Part shown: positions 1 to 9,434 of the stretch, in pieces
Position numbering within the stretch: the stretch's first letter is position 1
Layout: each line of letters opens with the position of its first letter
Position numbers and translations under genes: made by a program
Source of the DNA: Alphaproteobacteria bacterium
Lineage (GTDB): Bacteria; Pseudomonadota; Alphaproteobacteria; UBA828
Direction: 5' to 3'
Assembly: GCA_965237415.1 (NCBI GenBank)
Contig: CBDEFM010000002.1
Location: 736,001 to 800,000 of the forward strand
Length of the DNA: 64,000 bases
Notes under the pieces: generated by a model
What the model saw: the letters and a program-made list of their open reading frames with translations, nothing else
Database searches by the model: none
What the model was told of the DNA's origin: nothing

Positions 1-1160
1 GCATCGCGCACCCGATCGAGGGCCGAGAGCGCGATGTGCCCGTAGTTGTAAAACGCGATGCCCGAGAGCCCGCTTGCCCGCAGCGCACGCGCGGCAGCAA
101 CGGTTTCCGCGCCGCTCGCGAGATCGGGATAGGCCGGCCGCAGGATGTAGGTGATCCGCGCGTCCGCGCCTGCACGCCGGCGCACGTCGCTGGCGTCGAG
201 CGCAACCGCCGCCGCGCTCGCCTCGTAGGCCGGAACTTCCAGCGTATCCGCCACCTCGGCAAGCAGCCGCAGATCCGTTCCTTCCGACCAGGCCGCCGCC
301 GTCGGCCGCTGTACCGTCGGGATCACCGCGAGCTTGGTCTCCTTGGGCAGCGCCGCGCGGACCTCTGCCACCAGGTCGGCCACGAGCTGACAGCGCCAAC
401 TCAGGAAGACGGCCCACTCCGGATCCGCGATCAGGTCCGCGATCCACCACTCGGCAGCGATGTGGTCGGGCACCGGCTCCGGCCGGGCAAAGAACGCATC
501 GAGCGCCGCGCAGGCCTGCCAGCGAAGCCGCTCGGCGTCGATGCCGCGCGCCTCCGCCGCTACGATTGTGCCTTCGGAGAAGCAGAGCCCGAGCAGCCAG
601 CCGGCCCATCGGTTCATCGGCAGCAGGAAAAACTCGTGGTGGAAGCCATGATCGAAGGGTAGAAATCCGGGGGTTTCCAGCGCCAGCCCGTCGAGCTCGT
701 AGCGCTCGGCCATATCGGTGCAGAGCGTCACGACGTAGCGGCGCACCTCCTCGTAGGCCGGGCATAGGCTGTAGACGTAGGAATCGCCGTAGCAGTTGCG
801 CACCGTGAATTCGGGGTGGCGCATGCCCAATGGCGTGTTGTGCAGGCACACGGTCCAGGCGACGCGCCCCATATCGGGCGCCTCCGCCGCAAGCTCGGCG
901 AACGTGTCCCGCTCGGTCGCGAGTTTGCTCTGGATCGGCTTGATGGCGCCGTAGCGGTCCATGCGCGGGCGCACATAGACGGTTCCATCCTCGGGAAAAT
1001 AGACGCGCCCCGCCGGCGCATGGGGGCGCAGGAACTTGCCGGCATGGTAGCTCGCTGCCAGCGTGACCGTGTTGATGCCGCAAACGCGCATGCGGCCCGT
1101 GGCGGTGCTGATCCCCTCGTCAACCAGGTCCCAAGGGTACGTGTACATGCCCTTGTACAC
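1..1160 (-). CDS. Hypothetical protein, glycoside-hydrolase-like TIM barrel; runs off the window edge
   Basis: Hand translation from GTG at 1160 (GGAGG SD upstream): MYKGMYTYPWDLVDEG...TVTLAASYHAGKFLRPH...AWTVCLHN...SLCPAYEEVRRY...LETPGFLPFDHGFHHE. Absent from the ORF track because no stop falls inside the window. Confidence 0.7.
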   Translation of the reverse strand, partial: MYKGMYTYPWDLVDEGISTATGRMRVCGINTVTLAASYHAGKFLRPHAPAGRVYFPEDGTVYVRPRMDRYGAIKPIQSKLATERDTFAELAAEAPDMGRVAWTVCLHNTPLGMRHPEFTVRNCYGDSYVYSLCPAYEEVRRYVVTLCTDMAERYELDGLALETPGFLPFDHGFHHEFFLLPMNRWAGWLLGLCFSEGTIVAAEARGIDAERLRWQACAALDAFFARPEPVPDHIAAEWWIADLIADPEWAVFLSWRCQLVADLVAEVRAALPKETKLAVIPTVQRPTAAAWSEGTDLRLLAEVADTLEVPAYEASAAAVALDASDVRRRAGADARITYILRPAYPDLASGAETVAAARALRASGLSGIAFYNYGHIALSALDRVRD

Positions 1161-1217
1161 AGACGCACCTCCCATGCCGCGCTAGCGACGCGGCCATCAT
1201 GCTGACCGGCGCGCGGG

Positions 1218-1775
1218 TCAGTTGAGCCGGTCGCGGACCTCCTGGATCGACTCTTCGATCATGCGGTCGGCGCGGTCTTCGTCGATCGTTTCGCTCATGA
1301 GACGGCGCGCGGCCTCGATGGCCAGCACTGCGGCGGTCTGCCGCACTTCCCGCATCGCCTCTTCCTCGGCGCGGGCGATGCGCTGCTCGGCAAGCGCGGC
1401 GCGGCGCTTCATCGTCTCCTCGAGCGAAGCCCGAGCCTCCGCCGCGTGGCGCTCGGCCTCCGCCTTGGCATGCTCCACCATGAGGCGGGCCTCTTCTTCG
1501 GCCTCCTGGCGCTTGCGCTCGTGCTCCGCGAGCAGCGCCTGGGCCTCGGCGCGAAGCGCCGCCGCCTCGTCGAGCTCGTTCCGGATCCGATCCGCCCGCT
1601 TGTCGAGAACCTCGGTCGCCTTCTTGTAGGCGGCACGGCCGAAGGCGCCGAAGAAGGTGATGAAGGCGATGAGGATCCAGAAGTTGGCCGACTCGGTGAT
1701 CTGGCTGCCGACGACGACGAAGACGCAGGCGGCGACGATCACCCAGAACTCGGGCTTGCGGACCATCTTCTTCAT
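1218..1775 (-). CDS. atpF: F0F1 ATP synthase subunit b
   Basis: N-terminal TM segments, then charged coiled coil (LDKRADRIRNELDEAAALR); last gene of the F0 operon. Confidence 0.9.
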   Translation of the reverse strand: MKKMVRKPEFWVIVAACVFVVVGSQITESANFWILIAFITFFGAFGRAAYKKATEVLDKRADRIRNELDEAAALRAEAQALLAEHERKRQEAEEEARLMVEHAKAEAERHAAEARASLEETMKRRAALAEQRIARAEEEAMREVRQTAAVLAIEAARRLMSETIDEDRADRMIEESIQEVRDRLN

Positions 1776-1778
1776 GGC

Positions 1779-2270
1779 TCAGCGCCCCTCGCCCATGCTC
1801 GCCTCCACCGCCGCACGGGCGGCGGCCTCGGAGGGAGCGGTGCCGACCAGCCGTTCGGTCGCGGCCCGCGCCACGTCGCCCGCCACGTCGCGCAGACTGG
1901 CGAGCGCCTGCGCCCGCGTCTCCTGAATGCGCTCCTCCGCCTCCGCCGCCCTGGCGGCCAGATCGGCGTCGAGCTCAGCGCGCAGTGCATCCGCCTCCGC
2001 CGAGAGCTTGGCCTGGGTCTCGGCAAGTACGCCATGGGCCCTGGAGCGCGCGTCAGCCAGCGCCTCCTCATAGGCCTTGAGCGCGTCCTCGGCCTTGCCC
2101 TTGGCGCTCTCCGCGTCCGCCAGATCCTCGCTGATCTTGGATTCTCGCGCCTCGATGACGCGGCGGATCCGCGGCAGGCCCACGGACCACATGATCAGCA
2201 TGAGCACGACGAAGGTGACGACCAGCCAGAAGATCTGGGGCGCGTAGTCCCCCATCTCGAGCTGTGGCAT
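1779..2270 (-). CDS. atpF2: F0F1 ATP synthase subunit b'
   Basis: MPQL...QIFWLVVTF...LPRI motif typical of alphaproteobacterial b'. Confidence 0.9.
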   Translation of the reverse strand: MPQLEMGDYAPQIFWLVVTFVVLMLIMWSVGLPRIRRVIEARESKISEDLADAESAKGKAEDALKAYEEALADARSRAHGVLAETQAKLSAEADALRAELDADLAARAAEAEERIQETRAQALASLRDVAGDVARAATERLVGTAPSEAAARAAVEASMGEGR

Positions 2271-2314
2271 CGGGCGCCTCCTGCCTCCGACTCAAGCCGC
2301 CGGATGGCTGCCGA

Positions 2315-2554
2315 TCAGGAGCCGAACAGGATGATGAAGGCCATGACGAGCGCGAACAGCGCGATCGCCTCGGTCAGCGCGAAGCCCAGCAGCACGTTAC
2401 CGAACAGCTTCGGCGCCGCCGCCGGGTTGCGCCCCGCTGCGGAGACATAGTTGCCGAAGATGATGCCGATGCCGACACCGGAGCCCGCCACGCCGATCGT
2501 GGCGAGACCGCCGCCAATCAGCTGACCGAGCAGTTTCGCTGCATCTGCGTCCAT
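2315..2554 (-). CDS. atpE: F0F1 ATP synthase subunit c (79 aa)
   Basis: C-terminal part of track ORF 2315..3247: [10 protein letters not shown]...GSGVGIG...RNP...[10 protein letters not shown]; ATG at 2554. Confidence 0.95.
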   Translation of the reverse strand: MDADAAKLLGQLIGGGLATIGVAGSGVGIGIIFGNYVSAAGRNPAAAPKLFGNVLLGFALTEAIALFALVMAFIILFGS

Positions 2555-2613
2555 GATCCTAATTCCCTCGGTTTGTTCGGAGATTTTGGCGTGGGGGACC
2601 CGCTTCCGACCGC

Positions 2614-3387
2614 TTAGTGATGCAACTCGATCGCGTCGCGGATGTAGAGGCAGGTCAGAATGGTGAAGACGTAGGCCTGGAGCACGGCGACGAGCAGCTC
2701 GAGCCCGTAGAGCGCGACGATAAACGCGAAAGGCAGGACGCCGGCAAAGCTCAGGACGAAGACGAAGGCGCCGAACACGTGCAGGATCGAGTGCCCCGCC
2801 ATCATGTTGGCGAAAAGCCGCACGGAGAGGCTGATCGGCCGCGCCATGTATGAGATGACCTCGATCGGCACCAGCAGCGGCGCCATCCACATCGGCACGC
2901 CCGGCGGCAGGAAGAAGGTCAGGAAGCGGTGCTTGTGGATGACGATTGCGAGGATCGTCACGCCGACGAAGACCACCAGCGCGAACGCGAGCGTCACGAT
3001 GATGTGGCTGGTGAAGGTGAAGGAGTAGGGAATCAGCCCGAGCACGTTGCCGAGCAGCAAGAACATGAACAGGCTGAAGACAAACGGGAAGAACTTCTGC
3101 GCGCCGCGGCCGCCCACGATGTCGCCCAGCATTCGGGCGACCATGTCGTAGCTCATCTCCACAATGGACTGCATGCGCCCCGGCACCATGCGCCCGCGGC
3201 CCATGCCTACCGTGGTGAGCAGCGTGATGACGATCACGGTCACGCACATCATCAGCGCGGAATTGGTGAACGACGCGTCGAACCCGCCGAGGTCGATCTC
3301 GACGTAGCGGTTGATCGCAAACTGATCGAGCGGGCCGTGTTGCGCGTCGCCGTTATGACCGGCGCCACCGTTATCCGTCGTTGCCAC
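2614..3387 (-). CDS. atpB: F0F1 ATP synthase subunit a
   Basis: [21 protein letters not shown] and [11 protein letters not shown] motifs. Confidence 0.97.
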   Translation of the reverse strand: MATTDNGGAGHNGDAQHGPLDQFAINRYVEIDLGGFDASFTNSALMMCVTVIVITLLTTVGMGRGRMVPGRMQSIVEMSYDMVARMLGDIVGGRGAQKFFPFVFSLFMFLLLGNVLGLIPYSFTFTSHIIVTLAFALVVFVGVTILAIVIHKHRFLTFFLPPGVPMWMAPLLVPIEVISYMARPISLSVRLFANMMAGHSILHVFGAFVFVLSFAGVLPFAFIVALYGLELLVAVLQAYVFTILTCLYIRDAIELHH

Positions 3388-3395
3388 TGGCCGTC

Positions 3396-3746
3396 CTACT
3401 CCTGGCTTCGCTCGTCCCGTTCTTCACCCCGCTCCCCCGCATCCGCGCGGGATAACGGCGTGGCCCCCATTCGTTGTGCCGCCCGAAACGCGTTCAGGAT
3501 GCCGGCCGCGATCCCCACAAAGATGAAGACCACGAACAGCCACGGCTTCGTCCCGAGCCAATCGTCGAGCAACCAGCCGATGCCGCCGCCAACGGCCAGC
3601 GTGGCCGCCATTTCGATCGCGAGGTGCAACGCTTGCCCAAGACGCGTGCCGGGCAATCGGCCACGATTGCCCGACTCGTTCCCGCCTCGGGCTTTGCGCA
3701 GCCGGGAGCCTAGTTCCTCCAGGGATGGCCGTGGTTTGTCGTCCAT
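3396..3746 (-). CDS. atpI: ATP synthase protein I (AtpZ/AtpI family)
   Basis: GGGIGWLLDDWLGTKPW motif; first gene of the F0 operon. Confidence 0.9.
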   Translation of the reverse strand: MDDKPRPSLEELGSRLRKARGGNESGNRGRLPGTRLGQALHLAIEMAATLAVGGGIGWLLDDWLGTKPWLFVVFIFVGIAAGILNAFRAAQRMGATPLSRADAGERGEERDERSQE

Positions 3747-3910
3747 GCAAACCCGCTCGGCCAGGGCGCGCGCGTGCCCCGCAGTCGAAAAGCGCCCGCA
3801 CCATAGGGGCTGCCCCGCCCCCTGTCAAGCCGGTGAAGCGCCGCAGAGAGGCTCTCTAACGCATTGAAATAAGGTGGGAATATTCGATTCCGGAATTCAG
3901 ACGGGCAGGC

Positions 3911-6900
3911 TCAGGCGCTCTCCCGCAAGCGCACGGCGCGCTCCAGATCGACCGAGACGAGTTCGGAGACCCCCCGCTCCACCATGGTAACACCGAACAG
4001 CCTGTCGACACGGGCCATTGTGATGCGATGGTGGGTGACGACGATGAAGCGGGTGTCGGTCTCGCTGGCCAGTTTCGTGATGAGCGTGCAGAAGCGCTCC
4101 ACGTTGCTGTCGTCGAGCGGGGCATCGACTTCGTCGAGCACACAGATCGGCGCCGGGTTGGTGAGGAATACGCCGAAGAGCAGCGCGATGGCCGTCAGTG
4201 CCTTCTCGCCGCCGGACAGCAGCGAGAGCGATTGCGGACGCTTGCCCGGCGGGCTCGCCACGACCTCCAGACCGGCCTCCAGGGGATCGTCGGAATCGAC
4301 CAGCGCGAGATGGGCCTTGCCGCCGCCGAAGAGCTCCGTGAACAGCCGCCGGAAGTGCCCGTCGATCGCGCCGAACGCTTCGAGCATCCGCTCCCGCCCC
4401 TCGCGGTTGAGGCTGGCGATGCCGCGTCGCAGGCGCGCGATCGCCTCCAGCAGATCGGCGCGGGACTCCTGCATCTCCCGGATACGCTCGTCGAGCTCGC
4501 TCGCTTCCGCCTCTGCCCGCAGGTTCACGGCGCCGATGTTCTCTCGTTCGCGGATCAGCCGCTGAAGCTTGACCTCCACCGCTTCGGCATCGGGAAGCGC
4601 ACCCTCGGGGTCGAGGGCGGCAATCGAGTGCGCTTCTTCCGGCGCGACGCGGAGACGTTCCGTGATCTGGGCAGCGGCCAGGGTCTCCGCCTGCCCGGCC
4701 TCGGCCATGAGGCCCTCGAGCCGGGCTGCGCCCTCGCGCGCTTCGCCCAGTGCCGCCTCGGCCTGCTTGAGCGCACCCGTCGCGGCCTTCGCTTCCTGTT
4801 CGGCGGCCGCCAGCGCATCGACGGCATCGCGGTGCTCGTTCCGCGCGCTCTCGATCATGCCGAGCAATTGAGCGCGCCGCGCTTCGAGCTCAGCCGGTCG
4901 CGCGTCGAGAGCGGCGCGCGCGCTCTCGGCATCGCCCCGACGTTCGGCCAGCGCCTTCAAGCGCCGCCGCGCATTGTCCGCGCGTGACGCCCAGCTCTCG
5001 CTCTCTTGCGCCAGCTCGGCGATCCGGGCGCCGCGCCCGGCCGCCGCCTGAGCCACCCGATGGTGGCGTTGAGAGCTCTCATCGTAGCGCGCCCGAAGCC
5101 CCGCCAGGGTGGCTCGCAGAGAGGCGATCTCGTCCTCACTCCCGGCACCCTCCGTCGGCAGGGCATCGAGCGCAGCACGGGCGAGGCGTTCCGTTTCTGC
5201 GGCCTCGGCGATCTCCTGCTCAAGCCGTGCCACCGTCTCGCCGAGCGCGGAAAGGCGCGATCGCACCGCCGCCACCTCCGCAGACGCAGCCGCACGAGCC
5301 TCCCGCGCCGCACGCAGCGCCTCTGCCGTGTCGTCGGCGTGGGCACGAGCGCGAGACCAGGCGGCCTCCGACTCCACCCTGGCTGCCGCTGCCGCCGTTA
5401 CGTGTCCCTCGGCTCTGCGCTTCTCGTCTTCTGCCTGGGCGCAGGTTTCGGCCAGTGCAGCCAGCCGATTGCGTGCCTCCAGCCGGCGGGCCGCGGCCGT
5501 CGGTGCCTCGGCAGCAACTGTGTAGCCATCCCAACGCCACATCGAGCCGTCCCGGCTCACCAGGCGCTGGCCGGTGCAGAGCGAAGATTGTAAGCGGGCA
5601 CCGTCTACTTCCATCACCACCCCGATCTGCGCGAGGCGCGCCGCCAGCGTTTCAGGGGCGCGCACGGCGTCCGTCAACGGCACGGCGCCCGGCGGCAGCG
5701 CCGCAGAGTCGCTGCCCTGCGACAGCGTGCGCCAGTGCACCGGCGCGTCTTCGTTCGTGCTGGCCTGAAGATCATCGCCCAGCGCAGCGCCCACGGCGGT
5801 CTCGAATCCGGGCTTGACGGTGACCCTGTCCCACAGGGCCGAGCCGTTGCTGGCAACGGGATCGGCGAGCAACGCGGCGAGGGCCGCCCGCTCGGCCTCG
5901 CTGCCTGCAAGTGCGGCGTCGGCTTCGCGCAACGTTTCGCGGAGCGAGCGTTCGCGGCTCTCAGCCTCTGTCCGCGCCGCCTCCGCCTCGCGCAATGCCG
6001 CGCGCGCCTCCTCGAAGTGCGCGACCTGAGTGCGCTCCGCCTCCTCGGCTTCCGCCAGACGGTTGCCGGCGGGGGCCCCCTGCTCCAGCGAGGCGCGCTC
6101 CTCCTTCGCCTGCGCAAGATCGTGTTCGAGCCGCTTGCGCCGGCTCCGTGCCTCGTCGATCCGCGTGCCGAGGGCCTCGCGCTCCGCCTCGGCCCTGGCG
6201 CGGGCCTGGGCGAGCGCGGCTAGGCGCTGCTCGACCGCCTCGACCTCGGCACGCGTCTCTTCCTGAGCGGCCCGTGCCGCCGCCTCGGCAGCGGCATCGC
6301 CCTCGGCCTCTCGGGCAAGTCCCGCGCGTGCTTCGTCCAGACGGCGCCTTGTAGCCTCGGCGTCGGCGGCAAGCGCCTCTTCGCGCTCGATGTCGGCGGC
6401 GATCTGGGCGAGTCTGCCCGCAATTTGCTCGCGATCGCGAGCGAGCTGCTGCTCCTCCTCGGCCAGCCGTTCGTGCTCGATACGCAGCCGCTGCAACGCG
6501 GCGGCCCTTTTGGTTTCGTGCTGGCGCCGCTCGGGCAGCACCGCGGCAGTGTCCGCTTGGCAGCGCGCGGCATCCGCAGCGTGCTCCGTCGCCTGGGCCA
6601 CCCGGCGGGCGGCATGCTCCGCCTGGCGCGTCACCTCCTCGACGCGGGCGCGCGCCGCCATCCAACGAACGAGGAGCAGCGATGCTTCCGTCTCGCGGAT
6701 TCTCTCCGAGAGACGCCGGTAGCGCTTGGCATGGCGCGCCTGGCGCTCGAGATCGCGCAGCTGCGCCTCCAGGGTGCCGATCACGTCCTGAAGGCGCTCC
6801 AGATTCGTCTCCGCCGCCCTGAGCTTGAGCTCGGCCTCGTGCCGGCGCGCGTGCAGGCCGGTGATGCCGGCCGCCTCTTCGAGCAAAGCCCGCCGCTGTG

Positions 6901-7372
6901 CAGGCTTTGCGCCGATGATGTCGCCGATCCGCCCCTGGCCCACCAACGCCGAGCTATGTGCGCCGGTCGCGGCGTCCGCGAACAGAATATGCACGTCCCG
7001 GGCGCGGACCTCGTCGCCGTTGACGGTGTAGGCCGAACCCTCGCCACGCTCGATGCGGCGGGTTACCTCGATCTCGGCGGCATCCTCGAAGCCCAGCGGC
7101 GCGGTCCGGTCCGAATTGTCGAGGCTGAGCGTGGCTTCGGCGATGGCGTGGGCCGGGCGGCGGGAGGTGCCGCCGAAGATCACGTCCTCCATGCCGCCGC
7201 CGCGCACTTGGCGCGGCGCGGTCTCGCCCATGACCCAGCGCAGCGCTTCGACGAGGTTCGACTTGCCGCAGCCGTTGGGGCCGACGATCCCCGTCAGCCC
7301 GCGCTCGATATGCAGCTCCGTCGGTTCGACGAAGGACTTGAAGCCCGCGACTCTGAGCTTCGTTACGTGCAC
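3911..7372 (-). CDS. smc: Chromosome segregation protein SMC
   Basis: GFKSF, Walker A GPNGCGKSN, long coiled coils with hinge, LSGGEKAL, LDEVDAPLDD. Confidence 0.97.
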   Translation of the reverse strand: MHVTKLRVAGFKSFVEPTELHIERGLTGIVGPNGCGKSNLVEALRWVMGETAPRQVRGGGMEDVIFGGTSRRPAHAIAEATLSLDNSDRTAPLGFEDAAEIEVTRRIERGEGSAYTVNGDEVRARDVHILFADAATGAHSSALVGQGRIGDIIGAKPAQRRALLEEAAGITGLHARRHEAELKLRAAETNLERLQDVIGTLEAQLRDLERQARHAKRYRRLSERIRETEASLLLVRWMAARARVEEVTRQAEHAARRVAQATEHAADAARCQADTAAVLPERRQHETKRAAALQRLRIEHERLAEEEQQLARDREQIAGRLAQIAADIEREEALAADAEATRRRLDEARAGLAREAEGDAAAEAAARAAQEETRAEVEAVEQRLAALAQARARAEAEREALGTRIDEARSRRKRLEHDLAQAKEERASLEQGAPAGNRLAEAEEAERTQVAHFEEARAALREAEAARTEAESRERSLRETLREADAALAGSEAERAALAALLADPVASNGSALWDRVTVKPGFETAVGAALGDDLQASTNEDAPVHWRTLSQGSDSAALPPGAVPLTDAVRAPETLAARLAQIGVVMEVDGARLQSSLCTGQRLVSRDGSMWRWDGYTVAAEAPTAAARRLEARNRLAALAETCAQAEDEKRRAEGHVTAAAAARVESEAAWSRARAHADDTAEALRAAREARAAASAEVAAVRSRLSALGETVARLEQEIAEAAETERLARAALDALPTEGAGSEDEIASLRATLAGLRARYDESSQRHHRVAQAAAGRGARIAELAQESESWASRADNARRRLKALAERRGDAESARAALDARPAELEARRAQLLGMIESARNEHRDAVDALAAAEQEAKAATGALKQAEAALGEAREGAARLEGLMAEAGQAETLAAAQITERLRVAPEEAHSIAALDPEGALPDAEAVEVKLQRLIRERENIGAVNLRAEAEASELDERIREMQESRADLLEAIARLRRGIASLNREGRERMLEAFGAIDGHFRRLFTELFGGGKAHLALVDSDDPLEAGLEVVASPPGKRPQSLSLLSGGEKALTAIALLFGVFLTNPAPICVLDEVDAPLDDSNVERFCTLITKLASETDTRFIVVTHHRITMARVDRLFGVTMVERGVSELVSVDLERAVRLRESA

Positions 7373-7387
7373 GGGTTCCCGCTCCGT

Positions 7388-8008
7388 CTAGGAGCCTGAG
7401 ACAAGACGGTCAATTTGCCTGGCGAGCGCCTCGAAGCTCATCTTGCCTTCGTATTTCTCGCCATTGACGATCACCGTCGGCGTGCTGCTGACGTCGTATT
7501 CGGCCTGGGCCGATGCCATCGACTGTAAAATCGCGTTCTCGAGGCCCTTGTCCGCGAGGCAGGCCTCGAAGCGGTCCCGGCTCACGCCGCCCAGCTCGCC
7601 GATCTGCGCGAGCTTCTCCGTGTAGTCTCGTGAAGCGGCCCAGTCGTCGAAGGTCGAGAACAGGACGTCGATGAAGGCGAAATAGCGGTCCCGACCGGCG
7701 CAGTGGGAAAGCACCGCCGCCTGAAGCGCAGGCGCATTGAGCGGGAAGTCGCGGGCCACGTAGCGCACCTTCCCGGTATCCATGTAGTCCGGCTTGAGGC
7801 GGTTGAAAACGTTCTGGTGGAAATGCCGGCAGGCGGGGCACGTGAGCGACAAATACTCGATCACGGTGACCGGCGCGTCCGGGTCGCCCAGCGCCATGTC
7901 GCCCGGCCTCTCGCCGATGCCGGCGGCGCGGGCGCGCAGCACCGGCGCCAGCATGGCAACTGCCGGAATCGCCGCCATCGCTCCGATCAGGAAACGGCGC
8001 GAGATCAT
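7388..8008 (-). CDS. DsbA-family thiol oxidoreductase with twin-Arg-like signal
   Basis: SRRFLIG signal, LGDPDAPVTVIEY, CPAC, RDFPL, STPT. Confidence 0.9.
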   Translation of the reverse strand: MISRRFLIGAMAAIPAVAMLAPVLRARAAGIGERPGDMALGDPDAPVTVIEYLSLTCPACRHFHQNVFNRLKPDYMDTGKVRYVARDFPLNAPALQAAVLSHCAGRDRYFAFIDVLFSTFDDWAASRDYTEKLAQIGELGGVSRDRFEACLADKGLENAILQSMASAQAEYDVSSTPTVIVNGEKYEGKMSFEALARQIDRLVSGS

Positions 8009-8018
8009 ACCGTTAACC

Positions 8019-8783
8019 TCATCCGTTGATATCGCACCCGAGGAAGGTGCGTCCTTTCTGTTTGCACGCCTCCATGACCGAGAACGAGCCCGCAGCGGGG
8101 TCGATGACCACGTCGCCAGGATTGCTGACCGCCTCGATCAAGGCGCTCTGAAGACCCACCGGCTTGGGGTGGACGCGGTCGCGCTTGCCGACTTTCTCGC
8201 TCCACACGTCCGGGATGGTGTGGATTTTCCATACGCCTTTGGCCTTGCGCGGCGCCTTCTGCAGGACGATCAGATGCTCGCTCGCACGCCTGGTGCGATA
8301 GCCCATGCCGATCCGCTGCTTGTGCCACGTCACCATGTCCACGATTTCGAGGGAGGTTCCGTCGAGCCAGTCCCCGAAGCCGGTGCAAAGGTGATACTTG
8401 TCCGTCCACAGGAAGAGGTGACCGCTCGGCATCAGGCAGCGGTCGATTTCGCGAATGAACGACGGGATTTCATCGGTCATCTGCGGCAGGGCGGCGCGGC
8501 CCGCGCCGCGGTTTACACCCTCGTTGCCGTAGGCGAGATGATCGAGCACGCCGCGATACTGCGGGTCCAGGAACGCGACGGGAACGGCGCTCAAGGGCAG
8601 CATGCTAAGGAACTGCCGGCCTTCCATGCGGAGCCTTGTGTCGAAGGCGAGACCCGGCGGCAGAGCCAGCGGTGGCTGGTCCACTTGCCGCACGGATGAA
8701 AACACCGAGCCCCTTCCGGCACCCGGCGGGTTTTCCAGCGGTATGGCGGCCTCGTTGACCATTCCGGGCCGGACTGTACGCAC
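8019..8783 (-). CDS. Orphan N4/N6 DNA methyltransferase (beta order); start uncertain
   Basis: Motif IV-like FLDPQY precedes HPKP and motif I-like VIDPAAGSFSV...FLGCD. Confidence 0.8.
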   Translation of the reverse strand: MRTVRPGMVNEAAIPLENPPGAGRGSVFSSVRQVDQPPLALPPGLAFDTRLRMEGRQFLSMLPLSAVPVAFLDPQYRGVLDHLAYGNEGVNRGAGRAALPQMTDEIPSFIREIDRCLMPSGHLFLWTDKYHLCTGFGDWLDGTSLEIVDMVTWHKQRIGMGYRTRRASEHLIVLQKAPRKAKGVWKIHTIPDVWSEKVGKRDRVHPKPVGLQSALIEAVSNPGDVVIDPAAGSFSVMEACKQKGRTFLGCDING

Positions 8784-8889
8784 GCCGGTGACGAAAAGTA
8801 TAGTTCCGGTAATCGAGGCGTTGGGCTTTCGCGCTGGCGGACGACGAATGTTACAGTTTCAGCCAGAATATGAGCGCGTTTTCAATGCG

Positions 8890-9357
8890 TTATGTCTTAT
8901 ACGAGCGGGCGATGACCGCTCGGCCGAGAGCTGCAAGCGCTGCCTTCAGGCGACCGTCCCGGGTGGAATCGACGGCGGATTCGACACGCTCGGCCGACTC
9001 CGAGTCGATTTTGGGCGGCGTTTGGCGTTCCACACCCGCCGTTGGTCGCGCCGACGGCGCCCGGTTTACGTAGGCGATCCGCGTCACCGCGCGGTAGCCG
9101 TAATAGGCGGCAATTCGTTCGAGAATCTGGGGTTCGAGATGCTGAAGCTCGACCGCAACAGGCCCCGAGACGCATATCCTGAGTGTGCCGTCCGCCCGCA
9201 GGCGGTCGGGCCACGAGCAAGCGGCGACGGTCTCGCCCACGATCGCAGTCCACTCGGCGGCGATCCCCGCTGCTGCGAGTCCGCGCGCCTCGAAGGATCC
9301 GGCGGTAATTCTTTGGATCAGCGTGGAGAGCGGCTGCGCCTGGCGGGCCTTGCGCAT
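8890..9357 (-). CDS. DUF721/DciA family protein
   Basis: WTAIVG...ELQH...ILERIAAYYGY; divergent from mutY in the conserved alphaproteobacterial synteny. Confidence 0.85.
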   Translation of the reverse strand: MRKARQAQPLSTLIQRITAGSFEARGLAAAGIAAEWTAIVGETVAACSWPDRLRADGTLRICVSGPVAVELQHLEPQILERIAAYYGYRAVTRIAYVNRAPSARPTAGVERQTPPKIDSESAERVESAVDSTRDGRLKAALAALGRAVIARSYKT

Positions 9358-9434
9358 GTCAGGAGCCGAACGTCGGGGGTTCCAACCCAAGGTGTACGCC
9401 CAACGACGCCTGCTGTGAAGTGGCTGGGGCGCCG

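Noticed and set aside
2315-3247. 310-aa ORF ending in the AtpE sequence, suggesting an extended subunit c
   Set aside because: The upstream part is an off-frame overlap of atpB; the real atpE starts at ATG 2554 after a GAGGG SD
3857-3869. IHF-like site upstream of atpI (TAACGCATTGAAA)
   Set aside because: A single imperfect match to a short degenerate consensus; not supportable alone
8019-8783. Calling the methyltransferase ccrM
   Set aside because: Too short, DPQY instead of DPPY, and lacks the CcrM C-terminal domain
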